From Betaproteobacteria bacterium RIFCSPLOWO2_12_FULL_62_58 (GTDB taxonomy: Bacteria > Pseudomonadota > Gammaproteobacteria > Burkholderiales > SG8-41): a stretch of DNA of 64,000 nt. Where the stretch lies: positions 18,232-82,231 of the forward strand of contig MERI01000103.1 of NCBI GenBank assembly GCA_001772005.1, in the 5' to 3' direction. The position numbers and the translations under genes were made by a program. Shown here piece by piece: positions 47,562-58,719 of the stretch (position 1 is the first letter of the stretch; the number at the start of each line of letters is the position of its first letter). A model generated the notes under the pieces. It had not been told where the DNA came from, made no database searches, and was given only the letters and a program-made list of their open reading frames with translations.

Positions 47562-49865
47562 GTGCGCGATTTCACTCTAAAAAAATGGCTATTAGCGGTG
47601 TTGCTGCTGACGCCATGGATTGCCAGCGCAGCCGGATTGGGGAGGCTCACTGTTCTGTCGACGCTGGGTCAGCCGTTCAACGCGGAAATTGATCTGGTAT
47701 CGGTGCAGAAGGAGGACCTCTCCTCGCTTTCAGTGCGTCTGGCATCGTTCGACGCGTATCGGCAGGCCAATCTTCAATACAGCGCCGTGGTTGCGGGGCT
47801 GCGTTTAAGGGTTGAAACGCGACCCAACGGCCAGCCTTATGTCAAAGTCACATCAGAGCGAGCGGTCAATGACCCGTTCGTCGATCTGCTGATCGAATTG
47901 AATTGGGCCTCCGGGCGTCTCATGCGCGAATATACGGCGCTCATCGATCCGCCCGGCGTGGCTCCGGTCCAGGCAACCGCACCGGCACCGGTGGCGGTTC
48001 CCGAACCCGGTCCCGCGCCCGCGCCGCAGCCTGCTGCAGCGCGGCCGATTGACGGGTCCGAGGTCGCGGCCGGCGGTTACGGCCCGATTCAGCGCGGTGA
48101 GACGCTTTCCAAGATCGCGCGCAGCCTGAAGCCCGAAGACGTGACGCTCGAGCAGATGCTGGTCGGGCTCTTTCGCAGCAATCCGGACGCTTTCATCAGG
48201 AAGAACATGAACCTTGTCAGGAGCGGCAAGATCCTGCGCGTGCCTGAGAGAACGGAAGTTGCCGCGATTCCGCAGCAGGAAGCGGTGAAGGAATATCGCG
48301 CGCAAGTCGCGGACTGGAATGCCTATCGCGGGAAGCTCGCTGATGCGGCCGGCATCGCGGCGGAAGCGCGTACGGCGGCAAGCGGCCGGATCACGACCCG
48401 AATCGAAGACAAGGCAACTGCTGAAGCAAAAGACGTTGTGCGGCTTTCCAAGAGCGAAGCGCTGGGCGACGCCGCCGGCGCGGGGAAAGGCGGCAAGCCA
48501 CGCAGCACGGCTGATCGCATCCGTTCGCTCGAAGAAGAAGTGACCGCGCGCGAGAAAGCGCTGACCGAAGCCAACGAACGCATCGCGCTGCTCGAGAAGA
48601 CGATCAAGGACATGCAGCGGCTGGCCGAGATCAAGAGTCCGGGCATGGCGGCGGCACAGCAGCAGGCTGAGACCAAAGCAGCGCCCAAGCCGGAGGCCGC
48701 GAAACCCGAGGCAAAACCAGAAGCCGCCAAACCCGCGCCGGCTGAAAAACCGGTGGTGGAAGCCAAAGCCGAACAGCCAAAACCGAAACCCAAGCCGAAA
48801 GTAGCGCCGCCTCCACCGCCGCCCGAACCCGACCTGATCGAGACCTTGTTGAGCGATCCGCTCTACCTGGGTGCGGGTGGTGGCGTGCTGGTGCTGGCCG
48901 GCCTGGGTTTCTGGCTCTCGCGCCGTCGCCGCGCTCAGCCGGCAGCGGACAGTGAAAAAGTAAAGGTCGCTCCGACGCTGGGGACAACAGCCACCGCTGC
49001 GTCCGCGGGTTCAGCGGCTTTAGCGGCACCCGCAGTGGCTGCGGCCGCGGCAGCGGCAGACGTGGACCCGATGGACGAGGCCAGAGTCTATCTTTCCCAC
49101 GGCCGCGATGCGCAGGCTGAAGCGACCCTGAAAGAGGCGGTGGCCAAGAATCCCCGTCGGCACGACATTCAAGTCACGCTGCTTGAAATTTATGCTGCAC
49201 GCAAGGACAAAGCGGCGTTTGCCAAGCAGGCGGGCGAGTTTCACAATGTGTCCGGAGACCAGGCCGAGAGTTGGCTCAAGGTCGCAGCGATGGGCTATGC
49301 GATCGATCCCGGCAATTCGCTGTATGCGGCGGGCAAGGATGCCCCGAGCGCGGCGCCGCCCGCAGCCGAAGCGCCGGCGGTCGATCTCGATTTCAACCTC
49401 GACGCTGCCGCCCCGAGCGACACTGCCGCCAGTGCGACCGATGCCGGCGCCGGCTTCAAGATCGAAATCCCGCCCGCCGAACCGGAAATGAAGCCCGACA
49501 TTGCGCATGGCGCGCACGAATCCGTGCCTGCCGCCTTGGATTTCAACCTCGAACTGCCCAAGGTTGACGTGCCGCAGGCGGGCGCGCCAGCGCAGCCGAA
49601 GCAGGAGCAGGGCGCGGACGTCGATTTCAAGCTCGATTTTGGCAGTGTTAACCTCAACCTCGATGACAAACAGCCGGCTGGCGCCGCGTCGCGCGGCGAC
49701 AAGGACGCCCACTGGTACGACGTCCAGCAAAAGTTCGATCTGGCCAAGGTGTATCAGGAGATGGGGGAAAAAAACAACGCCGTGGAAATTCTGGAGGAAG
49801 TGATGAAAGAGGGCGACGCCGAACAGCGGGCCCAGGCGAAGGCGCTGCTGGATACCCTGGGCTAG
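47562..49865 (+). CDS. fimV: FimV/HubP polar landmark protein
   Basis: FimV N-terminus, LysM-like motif, coiled coil, TM, TPR-like region, C-terminal KFDLAKVYQEMG; located between asd and truA. Confidence 0.9.
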   Translation: MRDFTLKKWLLAVLLLTPWIASAAGLGRLTVLSTLGQPFNAEIDLVSVQKEDLSSLSVRLASFDAYRQANLQYSAVVAGLRLRVETRPNGQPYVKVTSERAVNDPFVDLLIELNWASGRLMREYTALIDPPGVAPVQATAPAPVAVPEPGPAPAPQPAAARPIDGSEVAAGGYGPIQRGETLSKIARSLKPEDVTLEQMLVGLFRSNPDAFIRKNMNLVRSGKILRVPERTEVAAIPQQEAVKEYRAQVADWNAYRGKLADAAGIAAEARTAASGRITTRIEDKATAEAKDVVRLSKSEALGDAAGAGKGGKPRSTADRIRSLEEEVTAREKALTEANERIALLEKTIKDMQRLAEIKSPGMAAAQQQAETKAAPKPEAAKPEAKPEAAKPAPAEKPVVEAKAEQPKPKPKPKVAPPPPPPEPDLIETLLSDPLYLGAGGGVLVLAGLGFWLSRRRRAQPAADSEKVKVAPTLGTTATAASAGSAALAAPAVAAAAAAADVDPMDEARVYLSHGRDAQAEATLKEAVAKNPRRHDIQVTLLEIYAARKDKAAFAKQAGEFHNVSGDQAESWLKVAAMGYAIDPGNSLYAAGKDAPSAAPPAAEAPAVDLDFNLDAAAPSDTAASATDAGAGFKIEIPPAEPEMKPDIAHGAHESVPAALDFNLELPKVDVPQAGAPAQPKQEQGADVDFKLDFGSVNLNLDDKQPAGAASRGDKDAHWYDVQQKFDLAKVYQEMGEKNNAVEILEEVMKEGDAEQRAQAKALLDTLG

Positions 49866-49886
49866 CCTTTTTCGCGGCACGGACCG

Positions 49887-49926
49887 AACCGCGGCAGTTG
49901 ACGCTGTCGCGGTTTTTGTTTTTTTG
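49887..49926 (+). terminator. Intrinsic terminator after fimV
   Basis: AACCGCGGCAG-loop-CTGTCGCGGTT followed by a T-run. Confidence 0.78.
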
Positions 49927-49984
49927 TGATGGTCTGGCCCGGATGGGTTATCGTTGAACGGCATGCGGATAAGCGGGTGATGCC

Positions 49985-50785
49985 ATGAGAATCGCGCTCG
50001 GTATCGAATACGACGGCAGCGCTTTCTGCGGCTGGCAGACGCAGCCCGCGGGCTGCGCGGCGCAGGACAAGCTGGAATCCGCCCTGTCGCAGATCGCCGG
50101 CGAACGCGTTGCGACGGTATGCGCCGGCCGCACCGATGCCGGCGTGCATGCGCTCGCGCAGGTCGTGCATTTCGACACTGTTGCGGAGCGCCCGGTGACG
50201 GCATGGGTGCGCGGCTCGAACGCGCTGCTGCCGTCTGCGCTGGCCGTGACGTGGGCCAAGGTCATGAGCGATCAGTTCCACGCGCGCTACTCGGCGCACG
50301 AGCGCTGCTATCGCTACGTGCTGCTCAACCGGCCGGTGCGGCCGGCGGCCGACCGGGCACGGGTCGGCTGGTTTCACTTGCCGCTCGCGCTCGACAATAT
50401 CCAGAGCGCCGCCCGTCTGCTGATCGGCGAGCACGATTTCAGCGCGTTTCGTTCGAGCGAATGCCAGGCGCGCTCGCCGGTCAGACATCTGCGCCGGCTG
50501 GACATCGAGCGCCGCGGCGATTATGTGGTCTTCGAGTTCTGTGCCAACGCGTTCCTGCACCATATGGTGCGCAACATCGTGGGTTGTCTCATCTACGTCG
50601 GCAAGGGCAAGCATCCGCCCGCGTGGGTAGGTGACGTGTTGGCGGGCCGCGATCGGAGGCAAGCGGCCCCGACATTCGATGCGGCCGGCCTTTACCTCGC
50701 GCGCGTGGTGTACGATGCGGCTTGGGGTCTGCCGGAAGCCCCGCGCGCCGCACTGCCGGGGCTGGCCAACCTGATGGACGCCTAA
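49985..50785 (+). CDS. truA: tRNA pseudouridine(38-40) synthase
   Basis: YDGSAFCGWQ, AGRTDAGVHA, AFLHHMVRNIVG. Confidence 0.96.
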   Translation: MRIALGIEYDGSAFCGWQTQPAGCAAQDKLESALSQIAGERVATVCAGRTDAGVHALAQVVHFDTVAERPVTAWVRGSNALLPSALAVTWAKVMSDQFHARYSAHERCYRYVLLNRPVRPAADRARVGWFHLPLALDNIQSAARLLIGEHDFSAFRSSECQARSPVRHLRRLDIERRGDYVVFEFCANAFLHHMVRNIVGCLIYVGKGKHPPAWVGDVLAGRDRRQAAPTFDAAGLYLARVVYDAAWGLPEAPRAALPGLANLMDA

Positions 50786-50811
50786 TTGGTCTTTGAGGAG
50801 CGGCTCTTAAT

Positions 50812-51421
50812 TTGGCAACAGCAGTGAAAATCTGCGGCATCACCCGCATCGAGGATGCGCTCGCCGCCGCGCGCTGCGGCGCGCACGCGATCGGGTTGGT
50901 GTTTTATCGCCCCAGTCCGCGTTACGTTGCGCCCGGCCGTGCCGGTGACATCATCCGCGCGTTGCCGCCGTTCGTGACGGCGGTAGGGCTGTTTGTCGAC
51001 GCGCCGGCGCAGGAAGTGCGCGAAGTGCTGGCGCAGGCGCCGGTCAGTCTGCTGCAATTCCACGGCGCCGAAGCGCGCGCGTTCTGCCGCCGGTTCGGAC
51101 TGCCGTATATGAAGGCGGTCCGGGTCCGGGCCGGAGTGGATTTGTTACAATACGCGCACGATTATCACGATGCCAAGGCGTTGCTGCTCGACGCTTTCAT
51201 CGACGGTGCGCACGGCGGCACGGGCGAGACCTTCGACTGGAACTTGATCCCGGGAACATTGCCGCTGCCGATTGTGCTGTCCGGCGGGCTTACCGCCGAT
51301 AACGTAACCGAGGCGATTCGCGCCGTCCATCCCTGGGCGGTCGATGTGTCGAGCGGCGTGGAGGCGGCGAAGGGCATCAAGGATGCGGCGAAGATCGCCG
51401 CATTCATGTCAGGAGTGCGCA

Positions 51422-51435
<14 letters not shown>
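50812..51435 (+). CDS. trpF: Phosphoribosylanthranilate isomerase
   Basis: [29 protein letters not shown]. Confidence 0.96.
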
Positions 51436-52619
<1,184 letters not shown>

Positions 52620-52621
<2 letters not shown>

Positions 52622-52701
52622 CGATGAACGCGGAACGCGGAACGATGAACAGAATGGTCGAACAAAGCTTGTTCATCGCTCATCGTTCATCGCTCATCGT
52701 T
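52620..52701. repeat. Inverted heptamer array (AACGATG/AACGCGG and GYTCATC) between trpB and trpA
   Basis: Begins in the trpB stop codon; 4+4 units. Confidence 0.88.
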
Positions 52702-52709
52702 TGCTAGAT

Positions 52710-53528
52710 ATGTCACGCATCGCCGCCACATTCACGCGCCTCAAGAGCGAGGGCAAGAAGGCGCTCATCCCCTTCATCACCGCCGGCGATCCCGATCCGG
52801 CGCTGGCGGTGCCGGTGATGCACGCGCTGGTTGCGGGCGGGGCGAACGTGATCGAATTGGGTGTCCCATTCTCCGATCCGATGGCGGACGGACCGACGAT
52901 CCAGCGTTCGAGCGAGCGGGCGCTGAAGCACGGCGTATCGCTCAAGGGCGTGATCGGTTATGTTGCCGAGTTCCGCAAGACGAATCGTACCACGCCGGTC
53001 GTGCTGTTCGGTTATGCCAACCCGATCGAGGCCATCGGCCTGGAGCGCTTCGCCGACCTGGCCAAGGCCGCCGATGCTGATGGCGCGCTGGTCGTTGACT
53101 ACCCGCCGGAGGAAGCGCACAAGCTGGTCGAATTGCTGGATCAACGCGGGCTGGATACGATTTTCCTGCTGTCGCCGACCACCGGGACCCCGCGGCTCAA
53201 GCAGATCGCGGCGCTTGGCCGCGGTTATCTCTACTACGTTTCGCTCAAGGGTGTAACCGGCGCCGGGCACCTCGATCTCGCCGATGTCAAAGCGCGCATC
53301 GCGCATATCCGTTCCTTCACCAGGCTGCCCGTCGGCGTCGGTTTCGGCATCCGCGACGCGGAAACCGCCAGGAGCATCGCCGCGTTTGCCGACGCGGTCG
53401 TGATCGGCAGCCGCCTCGTCGAGGAAATCGAAAACTCGCCCCGCGAGCAGGTAACCGCCAACGTCACCGCGTTGCTCGCGGGCGTGCGCCGCGCCATGGA
53501 TGCGCCGACACAAGAGAAGGTCGCATGA
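52710..53528 (+). CDS. trpA: Tryptophan synthase alpha chain
   Basis: [33 protein letters not shown]. Confidence 0.97.
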   Translation: MSRIAATFTRLKSEGKKALIPFITAGDPDPALAVPVMHALVAGGANVIELGVPFSDPMADGPTIQRSSERALKHGVSLKGVIGYVAEFRKTNRTTPVVLFGYANPIEAIGLERFADLAKAADADGALVVDYPPEEAHKLVELLDQRGLDTIFLLSPTTGTPRLKQIAALGRGYLYYVSLKGVTGAGHLDLADVKARIAHIRSFTRLPVGVGFGIRDAETARSIAAFADAVVIGSRLVEEIENSPREQVTANVTALLAGVRRAMDAPTQEKVA

Positions 53529-54391
53529 GCTGGCTGCAGAAACTGCTGCCGCCGAAGATCAAGCGCGACACGGGCGGCCCGAAAAAGGTCGTGCCGGAAG
53601 GGCTGTGGAGCAAGTGCGATTCGTGCGAAGCCGTGCTCTACCGCGCTGATCTGGAGAAAAACCTCTACGTCTGCCCGAAGTGCAGCCATCACAACCGGAT
53701 TTCGGCGCGCGAGCGCCTTGACTGGCTGCTCGACCTCGAGGGGCGCTATGAAATCGGGGCCGAAGTGGTGCCGGTCGATACCCTCAAGTTCAAGGACAGC
53801 AGGCGTTATACCGAGCGTCTTGAAGAAGCGCGCAACGAAACCTCGGAAGAGGACGCGCTGATCGTCATGCAGGGCAGCATCAAGACGTTGCTGATAGTGG
53901 CGGCAGCGTTCGAGTTCAAATTCCTCGGCGGGTCGATGGGCTCGGTCGTCGGCGAGCGCTTCGTGCGCGGTGCGCGGGTGTGCCTCGAGCAGCGCCTGCC
54001 GTTCATCTGCTTCACCGCCACCGGCGGCGCGCGCATGCAGGAAGGACTGCTGTCACTGATGCAGATGGCCAAGACCTGCGCCGCGTTGACGCAACTGGCG
54101 GAAGAGCGCCTGCCCTTCATCCCGGTGCTGACGGATCCCACCATGGGCGGCGTGTCGGCAAGCTTTGCCATGATCGGTGACGTAGTGGTGGCCGAACCGG
54201 GCGCGCTGATCGGGTTCGCCGGGCCGCGCGTGATCGAGCAGACCGTGCGCGAGACGCTGCCGGAAGGCTTCCAGCGCTCGGAGTTCCTGCTCCAGCATGG
54301 TGCGATCGACATGATCGTCGACCGGCGCCAGATGCGTGACCAGCTTGCCAGCCTGATCACCTTGCTGCTGAAGCTTCCCGCTGCATCGTGA
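53525..54391 (+). CDS. accD: Acetyl-CoA carboxylase carboxyltransferase beta subunit
   Basis: LWSKC..C..VCPKC Zn finger, [28 protein letters not shown]. Confidence 0.97.
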   Translation: MSWLQKLLPPKIKRDTGGPKKVVPEGLWSKCDSCEAVLYRADLEKNLYVCPKCSHHNRISARERLDWLLDLEGRYEIGAEVVPVDTLKFKDSRRYTERLEEARNETSEEDALIVMQGSIKTLLIVAAAFEFKFLGGSMGSVVGERFVRGARVCLEQRLPFICFTATGGARMQEGLLSLMQMAKTCAALTQLAEERLPFIPVLTDPTMGGVSASFAMIGDVVVAEPGALIGFAGPRVIEQTVRETLPEGFQRSEFLLQHGAIDMIVDRRQMRDQLASLITLLLKLPAAS

Positions 54392-54394
54392 AGT

Positions 54395-54541
54395 TCCGCG
54401 TTCCGGGTTTGGTGTTCCAGGTTCCGAGTTCCAAGTTCCAAATTCGGTGCCCCCGGTTCCTGGTTCACAGTTGCAAACCCTGAACCCTGAACCCTGAACC
54501 CTGAACGTTGAACCTTGAACGTTGAACCTTGAACCTTGAAC
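54395..54541. repeat. Inverted heptamer array (GTTCCRN / CYTGAAC) between accD and folC
   Basis: About 11+10 units around a GTTGCAAAC centre; same family as 304-430. Confidence 0.92.
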
Positions 54542-55816
54542 CGCAAACCCGTAACGCTAGAGCAGTGGCTGGAATACATCGAGCGCTCGCATCCCCAGAC
54601 CATAGCCATGGGGCTGGAGCGCGTCGCCAAGGTGAGGGACGCGCTCAAACTGACGCCGGCTTTTCCCGTCATCACGGTCGGCGGCACCAATGGCAAAGGC
54701 TCGGCGTGCGCGATGCTCGAGGCGATCCTGTGCCATGCCGGCTATACAGTGGGTTGCTACACTTCGCCGCACCTGCTGCGTTACAACGAGCGCGTGAGGA
54801 TAGCCCGGCGTGAGGCAAGCGACGTGCAACTCGAGCGCGCGTTCGCCGCCGTCAACGAAGCGCGCGCTACGACACAGCTCACTTATTTCGAATTCGGCAC
54901 GCTGGCGGCAGCCTGGCTGTTTGTAGAGGAGCGAGTCGATGTTGCCGTACTCGAAGTCGGGCTCGGGGGCCGGCTCGATGCCGTCAATCTGTTCGACACC
55001 GATTGCGCGCTGGTGATGAGCATCGCGCTCGATCATATGAATTACCTGGGCACGACGCGCGAGCAGATCGGTTACGAAAAAGCCGGAATTTTCCGCCCGG
55101 GCCGGCCGGCGATCTGCGCCGATCGTGATATGCCTGAAAGCGTTCGTCGTCATGCCGGGGAAATCGGCGCGGGGCTGCTGGTGATCGGCGCTGATTTTGG
55201 TTTCGTGCCCGACAAGGCGCAGTGGCAGTACTGGGGGCCGCATCGCAAGAAAACCGGCTTGCCGTACCCGGCGCTGCGCGGTGCTTATCAACTTGCCAAC
55301 GCCAGTGCGTGCCTCACGGCGCTTGACGCGCTGCGCGACCGCTTGCCGGTGACGATGAACGATATCCGTAGCGGCCTGCTGCAAGCGGAAAATCCGGGCC
55401 GCTTTCAGGTGCTGCCGGGACGGCCGGCAGTCATCCTCGACGTCGCGCACAACCCGCATGCGGCTGCGGCGCTGGCGGATAATCTCGCGCAGATGGGACC
55501 GTGTCGGCATACGATCGCGGTGTTCGCAATGCTGCGGGACAAGGACATCGCTGGTGTCGTCAATGCCGTCAGAGCCCGCATCGATCACTGGTTTGTCGCC
55601 GGCATCAACTCGCCGCGCGGCGCGGACGCTGAACTCCTGGTCCAGACGCTGCGCGCGGCCGGTGCGGAGGCGCCGGTCACGCGCTGCGGCAGCGTCGCCG
55701 CCGCCTACGCGCAAGCCTGTGATACGGCGACGGAAAATGATAGAATTTTGGTTTTCGGATCGTTTTACACGGTGGCTGCGGTGATGCAGGTGCGCACCAC
55801 GCGGAAGACCTCGTGA
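54536..55816 (+). CDS. folC: Bifunctional folylpolyglutamate/dihydrofolate synthase
   Basis: GGTNGKGS, YTSPHL..YNER, EVGLGGRLDA, DVAHNP, FGSF; TTG start lies inside the repeat. Confidence 0.95.
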   Translation: MNRKPVTLEQWLEYIERSHPQTIAMGLERVAKVRDALKLTPAFPVITVGGTNGKGSACAMLEAILCHAGYTVGCYTSPHLLRYNERVRIARREASDVQLERAFAAVNEARATTQLTYFEFGTLAAAWLFVEERVDVAVLEVGLGGRLDAVNLFDTDCALVMSIALDHMNYLGTTREQIGYEKAGIFRPGRPAICADRDMPESVRRHAGEIGAGLLVIGADFGFVPDKAQWQYWGPHRKKTGLPYPALRGAYQLANASACLTALDALRDRLPVTMNDIRSGLLQAENPGRFQVLPGRPAVILDVAHNPHAAAALADNLAQMGPCRHTIAVFAMLRDKDIAGVVNAVRARIDHWFVAGINSPRGADAELLVQTLRAAGAEAPVTRCGSVAAAYAQACDTATENDRILVFGSFYTVAAVMQVRTTRKTS

Positions 55817-55867
55817 AAAACGGCCGAGATACCACAGGTTGAGCATTGAGTGCTGGATTGACGGCGC

Positions 55868-56479
55868 ATGGCAAGACCAATCAGCGACGAAGAACTGCAA
55901 CTTAGAAAGCGCGCACGACGGCGTCTGATCGGCGCCGTCGTCCTGGTGACGGCGGTGGTCGTGGCGCTGCCGATGGTGCTCGACAGCGAGCCCAAACCGG
56001 TCAGTCAGGATATCAATATTCGCATCCCCTCGCCCGACTCGGGCACGTTCACGTCGAAAGTCGTCCCGGTCACCCCGGCTCCGGAATCCAAACCGGCTCC
56101 CAAGCCGCCGGCCTCGGCTCCGGCGGCGAAGCCGGAAGCAACGAGGGCAACGAAGGAGACGGCGAAACAGGCGGAAGAGGCGCAGGCCGCGAAAGCAGCA
56201 GCCGAAACACAGGCACCTCGGGAAGCCGGCAAGAAGGCCGGCGAATCAGCCGGTCAGTTTGTTGTGCAAGTGATTGCGCTCGCCGACGCCCAGAAAGCCC
56301 AACAGATGCAGCAGCGGATTTCAGCAGCCGGGATCAAGTCCTATACCGAGGTCGTCAAGACCAAGAAAGGCGACGTGACGCGGGTGCGCGCGGGTCCATT
56401 TGCTACGCGCGAGGCCGCGGAAGAGGCGCGGGCCCAGCTCAAGACCATTGAGCTTGACGGCAAGGTCATCCCGAAATAG
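55868..56479 (+). CDS. dedD: SPOR-domain cell division protein DedD
   Basis: RARRRLIGAVVL TM, Pro/Ala linker, TRVRAGPF SPOR domain; folC-dedD-cvpA-purF synteny. Confidence 0.88.
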   Translation: MARPISDEELQLRKRARRRLIGAVVLVTAVVVALPMVLDSEPKPVSQDINIRIPSPDSGTFTSKVVPVTPAPESKPAPKPPASAPAAKPEATRATKETAKQAEEAQAAKAAAETQAPREAGKKAGESAGQFVVQVIALADAQKAQQMQQRISAAGIKSYTEVVKTKKGDVTRVRAGPFATREAAEEARAQLKTIELDGKVIPK

Positions 56480-56485
56480 AACGCA

Positions 56486-56977
56486 ATGACGCTGTTCGAT
56501 TACGCGGTGGCGCTCATCGTCGGAGTCTCGGTGCTTATCAGCGTAATGAGGGGCATGGTGCGCGAAGTGATCGCGCTTGCCGGCTGGATCGTCGCTTTCG
56601 TGGTTGCGAACCTGTATAGTGGCGCGGTCGCGGCGTGGCTGCCTGCCGGGATAGCCAATGAATCGCTGCGCATGCTGGTGGCGTTTCTAATATTATTTTT
56701 TGGGGCGCTGCTCGCAATGGGCTTGCTCGCGGTAGCGGCCTCGCGCCTGATGAAGCGAGCCGGGCTCAGCATCGAAGATCGCGTGCTGGGCGCAGTATTC
56801 GGGTTCGCGCGCGGCGTGCTGATCGTCATGGTGTTCGTGCTGATGGCGGGACTGACTTCATTGCCGCGGCAACCCATGTGGAAGGATGCCATGCTCTCCG
56901 CGCCTCTGGAAGCCTTCGCGGTATTCATCAGGGCGTGGCTGCCGAACGACTTGTCGCAACGCATCAGATACGACTGA
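56486..56977 (+). CDS. cvpA: CvpA family membrane protein
   Basis: RGMVRE, DRVLGAVFGFARG; upstream of purF. Confidence 0.92.
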   Translation: MTLFDYAVALIVGVSVLISVMRGMVREVIALAGWIVAFVVANLYSGAVAAWLPAGIANESLRMLVAFLILFFGALLAMGLLAVAASRLMKRAGLSIEDRVLGAVFGFARGVLIVMVFVLMAGLTSLPRQPMWKDAMLSAPLEAFAVFIRAWLPNDLSQRIRYD

Positions 56978-56986
56978 GGACACGCG

Positions 56987-58507
56987 ATGTGCGGAATTCT
57001 TGGTGTGGTGGCGAAGAACCCGGTAAACCAGCTGCTCTATGACGGTTTGCTGGTGTTGCAGCATCGCGGGCAGGATGCCGCGGGCATCGTCACCGCCGAG
57101 GGCGCGACCTTCCACATGCACAAGGGCGGCGGCATGGTGCGCGACGTGTTCCGCACCCGCAACATGCGTGCGCTGGTGGGTCACGCCGGCATCGCCCACA
57201 CGCGTTATCCCACGGCCGGCTCGGCCTGGTCGGCGGCGGAATCGCAGCCGTTCTACGTGAACTCCCCCTTCGGCATCGTGCTCGGACACAATGGCAATCT
57301 CACCAATACCGAGCAATTGAAGAACGATCTTTTCCGCCAGGATCTGCGCCACGTCAACACGAACTCGGATTCCGAAGTGCTGTTGAACGTTCTCGCGCAC
57401 GAGTTGCAGGAGGGGGCGACCAATTACAAGCTCGATCCGGCGACGATCTTCGGCGCGGTTTCCGGCGTGCACCGGCGCTGCCGCGGGGCCTATGCGGTGG
57501 TGGCGATGATTGCCGGCTACGGACTGCTCGCGTTCCGCGACCCCTACGGTATCCGGCCGCTGGTGTTCGGCCGGGCCGAGACCGATCGCGGTTACAATTA
57601 CCAGGTCGCGTCGGAAAGCGTCGCGCTCGACACGCTCGGCTTCGAGCTGATGCGCGACGTGGCGCCGGGCGAGGCGATTTTCATCGACCTGGACGGCAAT
57701 TTCTACAGTCGCCAGTGCGCGCAGAATACCTCGCTCAATCCGTGCATCTTCGAGTTCGTGTATCTCGCGCGGCCGGACTCGGTGATCGACGGGATATCGG
57801 TTTACGAGACGCGGCTGCGGATGGGTGAAAGCCTCGCCGACAAGATCAAGCGTCATTACGGGCACCTCGACATCGACGTGGTGATTCCGATTCCCGATTC
57901 GAGCCGGCCGGCCGCGATGGAGCTTTCCAAGCGCCTCAACCTGCCGTATCGCGAGGGCTTCATCAAGAACCGTTACATCGGGCGCACCTTTATCATGCCG
58001 GGGCAGGGGATCCGCAGGAAATCGGTGCGCCAGAAGCTCAACGCGATCGGCATGGAGTTCAAGGGCAAGAATGTGCTGCTGGTGGACGATTCCATCGTGC
58101 GCGGCCACACCAGCAGCGAGATCGTGCAAATGGCGCGCGAAGCCGGCGCGCGCAAGGTGTTCTTCGCTTCGGCTGCGCCGCCGGTCAGATTCCCCAACGT
58201 TTACGGCATCGACATGCCGACGCGTGAGGAACTCATCGCCAACGGCCGGTCGGAGGCCGAGGTCGCGCGTGAAGTCGGCTGCGACGAGTTGATCTATCAG
58301 GATCTTGACGCCTTGATCGAGGATGTGAGGAGCGTCAATCCCAAGGTGACCAATTTCGAGGACTCGTGTTTCAGCGGCATCTACATCACCGGCGATGTGA
58401 CCCGGGAATATCTCGATGGCGTAGAAGCGCAGCGCCGGGACGGCGCCAAGCAGGCCGACATCGCCGCGGCGGCCCAGCTCGATCTGGGACTGGAGCTGGT
58501 CGAGTGA
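56987..58507 (+). CDS. purF: Amidophosphoribosyltransferase
   Basis: MCGI, QHRGQDAAG, HTRYPTAG, VDDSIVRG, YGIDMP. Confidence 0.97.
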   Translation: MCGILGVVAKNPVNQLLYDGLLVLQHRGQDAAGIVTAEGATFHMHKGGGMVRDVFRTRNMRALVGHAGIAHTRYPTAGSAWSAAESQPFYVNSPFGIVLGHNGNLTNTEQLKNDLFRQDLRHVNTNSDSEVLLNVLAHELQEGATNYKLDPATIFGAVSGVHRRCRGAYAVVAMIAGYGLLAFRDPYGIRPLVFGRAETDRGYNYQVASESVALDTLGFELMRDVAPGEAIFIDLDGNFYSRQCAQNTSLNPCIFEFVYLARPDSVIDGISVYETRLRMGESLADKIKRHYGHLDIDVVIPIPDSSRPAAMELSKRLNLPYREGFIKNRYIGRTFIMPGQGIRRKSVRQKLNAIGMEFKGKNVLLVDDSIVRGHTSSEIVQMAREAGARKVFFASAAPPVRFPNVYGIDMPTREELIANGRSEAEVAREVGCDELIYQDLDALIEDVRSVNPKVTNFEDSCFSGIYITGDVTREYLDGVEAQRRDGAKQADIAAAAQLDLGLELVE

Positions 58508-58565
58508 CGGCTCTCGCCGACCGCATCTCTGCCCTCTCGTCGCCTGTGGTCTGTCGCCTGTCGTC

Positions 58566-58594
58566 TTGACATTCGCCCGGCCCAAGAGTAGTTT
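58566..58594 (+). promoter_or_regulatory. Sigma70-like promoter of the metZ leader
   Basis: TTGACA-17 bp-TAGTTT just upstream of the riboswitch; preceded by a degenerate CTGTCGY heptamer arm. Confidence 0.65.
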
Positions 58595-58600
58595 CCCCAA

Positions 58601-58655
58601 TGCGCCGATTTGATGATCAGCTTGCGGGCGCGTAAAAAATACGGCTAAAGCGAGG
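58601..58655 (+). ncRNA. SAM-II-class riboswitch
   Basis: GCGCCGATTTGA..GCTTGCGGGCGC..AAATACGGCTAAAG fits the SAM-II pseudoknot pattern; upstream of a Met biosynthesis gene. Confidence 0.85.
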
Positions 58656-58657
58656 GC

Positions 58658-58694
58658 AAACCCGTTTTTAGCGAGAGCTGAAACGGGTTTTTTA
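58658..58694 (+). terminator. Leader terminator downstream of the SAM aptamer
   Basis: AAACCCGTTTTTAGC-GAGA-GCTGAAACGGGTTTTTT. Confidence 0.8.
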
Positions 58695-58719
58695 TTTTCG
58701 ACAACCGATGGCGAGGAGT

